Origin: Eledone cirrhosa
Lineage: Eukaryota
Assembly (NCBI GenBank): GCA_964016885.1
Contig: OZ024740.1
Span: forward strand, 395,684,001 to 395,748,000
Reading direction: 5' to 3'
Length of the DNA: 64,000 nt
Shown here: piece by piece, positions 54,801-64,000 of the stretch
How the letters are laid out: each line of letters opens with the position of its first letter
How positions within the stretch are numbered: the stretch's first letter is position 1
The notes under the pieces: model-generated
Told to the model about the DNA's origin: nothing
Databases searched by the model: none
Seen by the model: only the letters and a program-made list of their open reading frames with translations
Made by a program: the position numbers and the translations under genes

Positions 54801-54939
54801 GAGACCCAAGATGACTTGGGATGAGGTGATAAAAGCCGACCTTACCCAACTACACCTCTCAAAGTCAATGACACACGACCGTGACTTCTGGCGTCACGCA
54901 GTAATACAGGGTACCCGACCTCCCATGGGTACATGCTGA
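51820..54939 (+). CDS. RTE-clade LINE ORF, 1039 aa: APE endonuclease, RT and PHD-type zinc finger; intact
   Basis: GTINV, CVQETRW, SVYAP, GDFNGH and SQHSLV (APE); NYRGI, QFGF, FVDLEKAFD, GVHQGSVLSP and LYADD (RT); C4HC3 finger at 54148-54279; 3' UTR with (GAT)n to about 55232. Confidence 0.95.
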   Translation: MNLRATKHPREAPTQRRSPTSVDKCPKLRVGTINVGSMKGRAGEIVEMLERKEVDVCCVQETRWRGGFARVLVGKSQCYKFFWVGNDDGMGGVGILLADKWVDKVISVYRVNARIIKLRLVLNKTITTIISVYAPQSGLPDELKDRFYESLIHTTALTDDKDFLIIAGDFNGHVGKHCDGFNRVHGGHGVGTRNEEGFRLLEFCDANDMSICNTNFKKPDNHLITYRSGEHSSQLDFILIRGRDRWTVVNTKAFPSEECTSQHSLVVSDLTVRTRRALKQRPTWRRKIWKLKVPSTSNRFKDILLNAYDSKEEQIETFNVEENWEFLKNNLLEATDEVYGWSKTSSRRRVTWWWNNKVDEAVKAKRQAWKEWKNGGSRVHYIETKREARRQVYLARREAEDRKCKHVLQREDQKQEVFKIARQCVRDSCDVIGEKCIRNDKGELALTSAEKKDAWKSHYDRLLNEENAWEEETLPHVDPIEGPAVQVSGSVGSKAIRDMKIGKATGPSGIAAEMLKAYGSVGHTITTRIVNQVILEGAIPKDWCSSIIVNCYKGKGDALDRGNYRGIKLMDQVMKVTERVIAQLIRDRVNIDEMQFGFVPGKGTTDALFLVRQLQEKYLAKSKPLYLAFVDLEKAFDRVPRAVIWWALRKLGVDEWLVKAVQAMYRGAVSKVRIGNEYSEEFSVQVGVHQGSVLSPLLFIIVLQAITEEFKTGCPWELLYADDLALIAESMVELENKFQTWKQGLERKGLKVNMTKTKVLISRRENRTQIPSGKWPCSVCRKGVGRNSILCPKCKQWVHKRCSGISGSLIKNVGFTCSSCAETASKQPQETSTTNLWEGPVETVDSFCYLGDRISNGGGCSESTITRVRTGWKKFRELLPLLAAKGFSLRMKGRLYDACIRTAMLHGSETWALKVEDLRRLERNEACMLRWMCNSNIRERQSIKELRERLSIRGIKCCVQERRLRWYGHVIRMKDDSCIKRCRALEVDGNRGVGRPKMTWDEVIKADLTQLHLSKSMTHDRDFWRHAVIQGTRPPMGTC

Positions 54940-55442
54940 AGCATATAAACAATATGCCCCCCCCCCCCCCCACCGCAAGGTGGTCGTGGAGGTGCCACGC
55001 CAAAAAAGCACCCAGCCCACACTGTAAAGTGGACGTGTAGGCGCCACGAAAAAGCACCCAGCACTCACTGTAAATGAGGTTGGTGTTAGGAAGGGCATCC
55101 AGCTGTAGAAATCAAGCCAGATCAGTTCCTGTATGAGCAAGGCATGGTCAGCCGACCAGACACTGCCCACAACAGGACAACCCGTCTAACCCATGCTAGC
55201 GTGGAAGAACGGACGTAAAACGGTGATGATGATATTATATTATATATATTATATTATATATATATATATTATATTATATATATATATATTATATATATAT
55301 TTCGTTTCTTATTGGCAACATGAGCCTCCCAAAGTATAACAATATTATATATATACATATATATATATATTATATACATATATATATATATTATATACAT
55401 ATATATATATATTATATTATATTATATATATATATATTATAT

Positions 55443-55473
<31 letters not shown>

Positions 55474-55534
55474 ATATATATATTATATATATATATATTA
55501 TATATATATTATATTATATATATATATATATAGA

Positions 55535-58500
55535 TATTATAATGAAAAATTTGAACAGGGACAGAACAGAGAGGCAGTACAATAAATGTTTATTAAATTC
55601 ACGCTCAGGAGAGTGGGAGGTAGGTGGGGGACGACGTTTCGGGCATAAGCCCTTCCTCAGGTGAGAAGTGTGTGGGAACAGAGTTCAAAAGGTGTGTAGG
55701 GGAGTGGTGGAGAGACATATAGCGAAAGGAAAGGGTGCGAATGAAAAATTAACAAATAAAGACAAAAAATATAAAAAATAAAAATAAAGCATGATCAAAA
55801 TACAAGGAATGAGAAAATTTAAAAATAAAGGCATGATCAAAATAAACTGAAATTAAAAGGGGGGTAAACAGGTGGTGGAAGGGTGTGGGGTGAGTAGGGG
55901 TGGTGGCGGGTGGAGTGGGGAGAGGGAGACGGGTGTCCGAGCGGGGAGGGCTGAAGGTGGTGTGTGTGTGTAGGTGTGCGTGTGTGTGTGTGTGTGTATG
56001 TGAAAGTGAGGGTTGGGGGAAGAACGGGGTTGCATGTTCAGGAAGAGGTGTGTGTGTGGGGGGTGTTTTTGTGGGTCGGAGTGTCTGTGCGTTTGTGGAT
56101 AGGGGGGTGGGGGGAGAGGAATCAGGAGGCTGAGGGTGTAAATATGTGGTGGGAAGCACGTGTGTGTGGGGTTTAAGCGTGTTGTGGGTGTGGGTGGCGT
56201 GTGGAGAAAAAAATTTGGGGGGGGGGTGAGTTATATAGGTGATGGTGTAAGAGGATGGTTGAAAAGTTGGTAAGTTCCACGGATGTTTGGAGATTTGGTT
56301 ATAAGTCAATTTCGCGTGTGGGTAATCCAAGAAGCGGTGGTCGGAAGAGGAGAGATGTGGGGTGCGCGCGCAACAGGAAGTGGTCAGCAGTGGGAGTGCT
56401 GTGGTCAGTTGGTGCTGGGAGGTGGTCGGAAGGGCATAGCAGCAGTCGGTGGAATGTTAGGGAGGCGAGGATGGGTAGGTGTGAGAGTTGGAGTGAGGAG
56501 AGTGTGTGTGTGTGTGTATTAGTAGGGGTGTTAGTGGGATGAGTGAGTGTGGAGCGGGGGTGTGGGTGGAGCGGGGAGAGAAGGGTGTGTGTGGTTCTAT
56601 GGAGGGAGTGTGGTGTACTGGTGTGTGTGTAGTTTGGTGAAGAGGTGTTAGTGGGTGTTAGTATACGGGAGGTGGGGAGGGGTGGAATGCAAGTGTGAGT
56701 GGGGGTTAGTGGTAGTAGGGTGTGTAGAGTTGGTGGTGTACGAGGGTGTGTGGGTACGTGTGCGTGGGGTTGGGGGGTGTTAGTGATGTTAGTTGCGTGT
56801 GGGGTGGGTGGTGTAAGTGGGTGCGTGTGTGCGTGTGATAAGGAGGGGGAGGAGGAGAAGAGGGGAGGGAAGGGATGTTAGTATGTTAGTTGGGGAAGGG
56901 TGGTCAGATGATGGGTGGAGTGGAGGTGTTAGTATTGTTAGTGTGGGGTGGGCGGTGAAAAGGAGGGGTGTGTTAGTGGTGTTAGTGGGGGATAAGTGTG
57001 GGGGGAGGGGGGCGGTCGAACGCTAAAGGAATAAGGGTGGGGTGTTCAGGCCGGGGGGAGTGTGGGTCTGTAAGATGAAGATAGTGCGTTGTTCGACCGT
57101 AAGGCGATGGGCGGGTGTTTCGTGGCACTGGAGTAGGCCACAGACTGTGAGATGGCGTGCGGAGTGTCCAGGGCCACCAAAGTGGCGGGCGATGGGGGAA
57201 CTGCCCCCGAGACGAATATCCCGGAGGTGCTCCGTGACTCGGTCCGCCAGGCGACGTCCCGTCTGTCCGACATAAGTCGCGCTGCACTCCGTGCAACGAA
57301 GTCCGTAGACTAGGTTGGAGGAGGTGCAGCGGAAGGCATGCCGGACCAAGAGAGAGTGGCCGTTGGGACCCTGGAAGGTGGTGGTGTTGGTGATGTGGGG
57401 ACAGGTGTTGCAGCGGGGCCTAGAACAGGGGAAGGAACCGGGGGGGAACCGGAGCGTGGGTTGGGGGGTAGGGAGCTGTGGACGAGGAGGGTGCGGAGAT
57501 TGCGTGCGCGTTTGAAGGAGGGGAGTGGTGGGGTTGGGAAGATGTGGGAGGTGGAGGGGTCGGACTGGAGGCGTCGGAAGAGGCGGCGGATGGTGCGGTG
57601 GAGGGGTAAGGTGGAGGGGTGGTAGGTGATGGCGAAGGGGAGACGGTGGGTGGGTGTGCGGTGGCGTGGGGTGAGGGTGGTGGAGCGGGGGATAGCACGG
57701 GCGCGGGTGAGAGCGGTGTAGACGAGAGAGGGGGGTAACCTCTGCGGATGAAATGGCTGACTAGGGAAAGGGCCTGGGACTCGAAGTCAGCATCACGGCT
57801 ACAGAGGCGGCGGATCCTGAGAAGTTGGGAGTAGGGAATGGAGAGTTTAGTGTGGGTGGGGTGGGAAGAGGTGAAGTCGAGGTAAGAGTGGGAGTCGGTG
57901 GGTTTGAAGAAGGCGGAGGTGACGAGGGAGTGGTGGGAGGGGTCGAAGGCGACGGAGATGTCTAAGAAGTGGACGTGGGTGGTGGAGATAGAGGTGGTGA
58001 AGTGGAGGGAGGGGTGGAAGGAGCAGGAGAAGGAGAGAAAGGAGTCGAGCTGTTCTCGGTGAGGGTCGTGGCTCCGATACAGTCGTCAATGTAACGACCG
58101 TACAGTTCGGGCGTGGGGCCGGTGTACTGGGAAAAGATTTGGGCCTCAACATGGCCAACAAAAAGGTTGGCATAGTTCGGGCCCATTCTTGTGCCCATGG
58201 CTACCCCCGTGACCTGTTGGTAAAACTCACCCGAGAAGGAGAAACAATTTAGGGTGAGGACCAGCTCGGCGAGGCGAAGGAGGGTGGGGTGGAGGGAATG
58301 GGGGAGGGGCGAAGGTCGAGGTAGTGTTTGAGGGCGCGAAGGCCGTCGGCGTGGGGGATGACTGTATAGAGGGACTTGATGTCTAGGGTGAAGAGGAATG
58401 GCTGAGGGCCGGGTAGGTAGGTGAAGGAGTCGAAAAGGCGCAGGGCGTGGTTGGTGTCGGAGATGTGGGAGGGGAGAGTGGTGGCAAGGGGGGCGAGGAG

Positions 58501-59008
58501 GGAGTCGAGAAAGGCGGAGATGAGTTCGGTGGGATAGTTGCAAGCGGAGACGATGGGGCGGCCGGGGTTGTCGGGTTTGTGGAGTTTGGGGAGGAAGTAG
58601 ATGGTGGGGGTGCGGGGGTGGGGACGATGAGGTGGGAAGCGGTGGGGGGAGGAGGGAGGAGGCGATAAGGTCTTTGATGGTGGAGGAGACTTGTTGTTGG
58701 TAGAGGGGGGTGGGATCGGAGGGTAGAGGGCGGTAAAAGAGGGGGTTACAGAGCTGCCTGAGGGCTTCAGCCGTGTAGAGGTCCGCGCGCCATACCACCA
58801 CGGCGCCCCCCTTGTCCGCCGGTTTGATGACGATGTCATCTCGGCTACGGAGGGAGCGGAGAACGAGGAGTTCGCCCCGTGAGATATTGTGCCATTTGGA
58901 ACGGTGGCGGAAGTCGAAACGATTTACTGCGCTACGGCTGGCATCGACGAAGGCGTCCAGGGTGCTAAATTGCCCTGGGGCCGGCGTCCAAGAAGATGGT
59001 CGTCGGCA
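55535..59008 (-). mobile_element. GC-rich Penelope-like element (Neptune-like), 5'-truncated and frameshifted, flanked by (TA)n
   Basis: IKPADKGGAVVV, YFLPKLHKPDNPGRPIVS, TLDIKSLYT, GVAMGTRMGPNYANLF and RYIDD; GIY-YIG LVYGLRC..C...YVGQTGR.L..R..EH (57023-57349); long CA-rich 3' UTR with an HHR. Confidence 0.88.
55631..55662 (-). ncRNA. Minimal hammerhead motif in the PLE 3' pLTR
   Basis: Minus strand: ac CTGAGGA a-gggc-ttat-gccc GAAA cg TC gt. Stem I is short; AATAAA downstream. Confidence 0.6.
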
Positions 59009-59131
59009 TATATTATATACATATATATATATATATATTATATATATATTATATACATATATATATATATTATATTATATATATATATTATATACATATA
59101 TATATATATTATATTATATATATATATATAT

Positions 59132-59165
<34 letters not shown>

Positions 59166-59422
59166 ATTAAGTTAAATTAAGGGTGTCATGTCAGATAGAC
59201 ATGCACCATATCACCCGTAAAATATGCTCCAGGATTCCAATGAATAGATCCGAGCATTTTATATCAACTAGAAATTGATTGACATATAAATATATCTAAA
59301 ATAAACATATGAAACAATCACAGGGGATAATTTGTAAAAGTGTGTAAGCACACATAACTATGTAGGTAACTAAATAAAGTTTAACTAGAACTTCAAAAAT
59401 AGATACCTTATAAATTGATTAA

Positions 59423-59517
59423 TCTTCCTTGAATATATTCCATTAAAGAAATATATTTCACCAATTATTCGATTGGTAAACGACAGTAGCCAGATCCTGG
59501 ATTTTCAACAAGGAAGA
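59423..59517 (-). ncRNA. Type I hammerhead ribozyme, U3:A8 variant with an extra hairpin
   Basis: Minus strand: tcttccttg TTGAAAA [insert] accaat..attggt GAAA tatatttc..ggaatata TT caaggaaga. Confidence 0.7.
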
Positions 59518-59884
59518 GGACTAACCATCTGTGTTTACGCATCAAATTCAAATCAGCGACTAGCCAGTAACACATGCTGTATTTACTAAAAATACACACA
59601 TCGTACCAGCTTCGTCCCAGTGACGTGAATAGGGTTATCGACAACTATAAATAGCAGTCAAGTCCTTTCAACTGAATTAGCTCTACAATTAAGGAGCCGT
59701 ATTTATATATATCCAAAATTAAGTTAAATTGAGGGTGTCATGTCAGATAGACATGCGCCATATCACCCGTAAAATATGCTCCAAGATTCCAATGAATAGA
59801 TCCGAGCATTTTATCTAAAATAAACATATGAAACAATCACAGTGGCTGATTTGAATTTGATGCGTAAACACAGATGGTTAGTCC

Positions 59885-59979
59885 TCTTCCTTGTTGAAAA
59901 TCCAGGATCTGGCTACTGTCGTTTACCAATCGATTAATTGGTGAAATATATTTCTTTAATGGAATATATACAAGGAAGA
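59885..59979 (+). ncRNA. Type I hammerhead ribozyme, U3:A8 variant (inverted copy); predicted cleavage after 59970
   Basis: 9-bp stem I (tcttccttg/caaggaaga), TTGAAAA, stem II accaat/attggt, GAAA, 9-bp stem III, AUA triplet. Confidence 0.72.
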
Positions 59980-60137
59980 TTAATCAATTTATAAGGTATC
60001 TATTTTTGAAGTTCTAGTTAAACTTTATTTAGTTACCTACATAGTTATGTGTGCTTACACACTTTTACAAATTATCCCCTGTGATTGTTTCATATGTTTA
60101 TTTTAGATATATTTATATGTCAATCAATTTCTAGTTG

Positions 60138-60854
<717 letters not shown>

Positions 60855-60857
60855 GGA

Positions 60858-61925
60858 ATGATGAGAACAATTACACGCAAAGACAAAACCACGTTGATGG
60901 TATAAATGAAGTTGTAGACTAATATTCTATTTAGGAAACCAAATGATTCTCGGCTTCAGAGTTAAGAATAATGTAAATAAATTAGTAGAACGAAAATGAC
61001 AGAGGTTAGTAAAATTAAATAATTAAATATATACATACACGCATCTATATACGTACATACACAGGCATACACAAACCCTCCACCATGCAATACTTAGTAT
61101 ATGCTACCTTATCGACAAATCCGCTCCGAGCAAGAGCTTCATTGTAATATGTGGAATGGTCAGTGAAAATAAGCTCGTTTTTAGATAGACGGGAAAGCTT
61201 CAAAGAAACGTTTCTTACCAGGTTTTTGGTTATGCTGACATGATGGTTAGAATGCTTACTTATGTAATTAAGCGTATCATTCGGCTTTCTATACGGGTAG
61301 TGCAAGCCATTCGACAAATTGAGGGTAACGTTGAGGTAATTAACGGCCGAGATGTTGGCCTCAACCTGTATGGAGAGGTTGAACCTTTAAAGAAGGCTGT
61401 GAGTTCTTTTCTGAACCTGTCACAAGAGCGTGGACCGCACTTTGTCATGGTCAAAAGCCCATCATCGCGGTACAAACCACCGCCCCCATTGGGGAATTCT
61501 TCCTTGATAGAGAAAAGAAGCAAAAGCTGATAAGATCTGTAACCTCCGCTGAATCGCTGGCGCCCATACTCTTGTCGAATGGGATTAGATTTTTTTATCC
61601 AAATAGAGTCGTCGAAATTAATCACCGACATTGAGGATGACATCAACTTCGAAATCCTTAACTACCATGAGCATTTTAGCGAAATTGATAGCTCTAAGAA
61701 GAAGTGGTAAAGTGATGGAGGAGTAGTAGTTATTGATGTCGAATTTGATAAAACGGCAATGTTCCTTGTTACATATGCCATTGAACCAATCAATCACCGT
61801 GAAAGAATTATTCGACAGTGCAAGAGGGGCCAAGCTTCTAATTTCAGGTATAATTCTATCTAAAATCCTTTTACTAAGTCTACCTAAATCAGACTTCTTA
61901 GGGTTAATTAGCCAAATAGAGCACG
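60858..61925 (-). mobile_element. Degenerate, internally deleted PLE related to the 14372 ORF
   Basis: LINPKKSDLGRLSK, FDINNYYSSI, GGGLYRDDGLL and YRKPND in broken frames; 3' UTR shared with 62118-62330. Confidence 0.85.
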
Positions 61926-62052
61926 AACTAAAGTATCGTCTTCCTGTTTTCATTCAGTTGCAACGTTTTTCGAAATATTTACTTCTGCATTCACAGATTG
62001 ATTTTTTTAGTTTCAGAAGATTCCGTTAAGGGTGAAAGCAGCGATACTTTGG

Positions 62053-63968
62053 TCCGTGAAGACGTTCCCTGGCATTGAACGGGAAAAAGCGAAGATAATA
62101 CGTCATTATGTGGAGCGGTGAGAACAATTACACGCAAAGACAAAACCACGTTTATGGTATAAATGAAGTTGTAGACTAATATTCTATTTAGGAAACCGAG
62201 TGATTCTCGGCTTCAGAGTTAAGAATAATGTAAAAAAATTAATAGAATGGAAATGACAGAGATTATTGAAATCAATAATTAAATATATACATACACGCAT
62301 CCATATACGTACATACATATGCAAACGCGAACACACCCGCCATGCATGCATAAACAAGCACGTACACATAAACACGCGCACACATACATAAACCCGCGCG
62401 ACATCTGTACCCGCACACATACGAACGTATACACCAAATACACATAAAAAATATATATATGTGTGCGTGTGTGTATACAAATAATTATATAAACGTATAT
62501 AAATATACACACATAAATACACATATAACCCACGCACACACATACCTACAGGTAAATACACATATGTTCACTAAAACACAATCAAAACACAAAGTACACA
62601 TATACACACACCAAACACAAAAAAAGCATATACACATAACTATATACACATGTTCCAGTATATATAATATGATATATACACCTATAATAAATACAAGCAA
62701 ATATACGTACGATAAAGTATACGTACCTTCACAAAACATACGGGTAAGGTATACTTACCTATACAAATAAGTAATGGTATAAACATAAAATATACTTAGG
62801 TACCACATCAAGACGTAAATTATCCGCGTATTGTTCGTACTATCCGTTAGGGTATAATGTGGGGCTGTAATACAGGAAAGTTTTATGCAATTTATGTTTA
62901 CAAGCCGAAATTGCCTCCGATATTTTGTTCAAGATGTGGTCATTGGTGTATAGTATTTCTAGGGCTTCGGCGGTGCAAAGATCTCATGGTCTTTTATTTC
63001 CGTTATACCATCTAGCTTTAGCTAGGATCTCCCAGTGTAACCCATATTGGGTGTGGTTGTCTTTTAGACTCTAGATATAAGCTGAAAGTGACGTCATATT
63101 CCTTCTTAAAGAGTTAAGAAAAAAATGGGTAAGCATGTAAAGACGTTGCTTGAATCTATTGGCGGTTAACCCTATGTAGGCCCTACGGGACGTGGGTGTT
63201 TCGACCTTACATTTGTAGACAATGTTACTGGAGAGGCATTTCCTGAATAGAGGGCAGTCAATCCGATTCCTACAATTACAGTTAGTTCTAGCTACCAGGT
63301 AGCACGTGTTCCTATGGCTAGGTAATTTAGCTAAATTTGAAGCAGTGATGTTATGTGCTAGGTTAGGAGTCGTAGGGTAAGATATTTTAATGGTATTTCT
63401 ATTAAAAATGTTATTATATTTATGTGCTGAAGGGAAATGCTTCTTAATAAGGGAGAGACAGATCTTAGCTAATGGTGTGGCCACCTCCATATTATATGGT
63501 GGGTTATACCATATAATTCGTCGGGATCTATTTTTCCTAGGTCTATTCTCGTACTCTGTATATGCTACCTTATCGACAAATCCACTCTGAGCAAGAGCTT
63601 CATTGTAATATATGGAATGGTCGGTGAAAATATGCTCGTTTGTAGATAGACGGGAAAGCCTCAAGGAAACGTTTCGTACCAGGTTCTTGGTTATGCTGGC
63701 ACGATGGTTAGAATGCTTACTTATGTAATTAAGCGTATCATTCGGCTTTCTATACGGGTAGTGCAAGCCATTCGACAAATTGAAGGTAACGTCGAGGTAC
63801 TTAACGAGCGAGAGGTTGGCCTCAACCTGTATGGAGAGGTTGAAGCCTTTAAAGAAGGCTGTGAGTTCTTTTCTGAACCTGTCGCAAGTGCACGGGCCAC
63901 ATTTTGTCATGGTCAAAAGACCATCGTTACGGTACAAACCACCGCCCGCATTGGGGAATTCTTCCTTG
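62053..63968 (-). mobile_element. 5'-truncated PLE (RT C-terminal half, GIY-YIG, 3' UTR), same family as 60858-61925
   Basis: ORF 63071-63937: LYRNDGLL, YLDVTF, WYNPPY, CNC..CPL, IVYKC..YIGLT; 63560-63968 closely resembles 61100-61508. Confidence 0.88.
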
Positions 63969-64000
63969 ATATATATATATATATATTATATATTATATAT

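Noticed and set aside
53694-54809. Antisense ORFs (209 and 148 aa) within the RTE
   Set aside because: Shadow frames of the LINE ORF with no independent motifs.
62053-62330. Hammerhead expected in the 3' end of the 60.9-64 kb PLE family
   Set aside because: I found only small hairpins and no core with GAAA in the element's sense orientation.

Overview
AT-rich, microsatellite-dense animal genomic DNA. It is most likely an octopus or other coleoid cephalopod, inferred from the SINE and RTE sequences and the (TA)n load. One host gene is visible: three phase-1 coding exons on + (28510-28707, 31205-31387, 33285-33820) encoding a single-pass LDLa-TM-(L/P)PxY membrane protein whose 5' exon(s) I could not place. 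The rest is mostly mobile DNA: an intact RTE LINE (ORF 51820-54939); several Penelope-like elements (PLEs), including a young intact copy (14005-17739) with a 2.2-kb inverted duplication; a GC-rich frameshifted PLE; tRNA-derived SINEs; Helitron-like, piggyBac-like and Tc1/pogo-like MITEs; and a 48-bp G-rich minisatellite. The most striking unannotated signal came from folding by eye: more than ten type I hammerhead ribozyme (HHR) motifs from several unrelated families. These include U3:A8 and U4A core variants, and two non-coding tandem-unit elements (464-bp and 552-bp units) that carry an HHR and sit in (TA)n; the 552-bp one also copies the back-to-back inverted architecture of the autonomous PLEs. 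They are candidate PLE-mobilised retrozymes or circRNA elements. Coordinates of repeats are approximate, and no database searches or folding programs were run.
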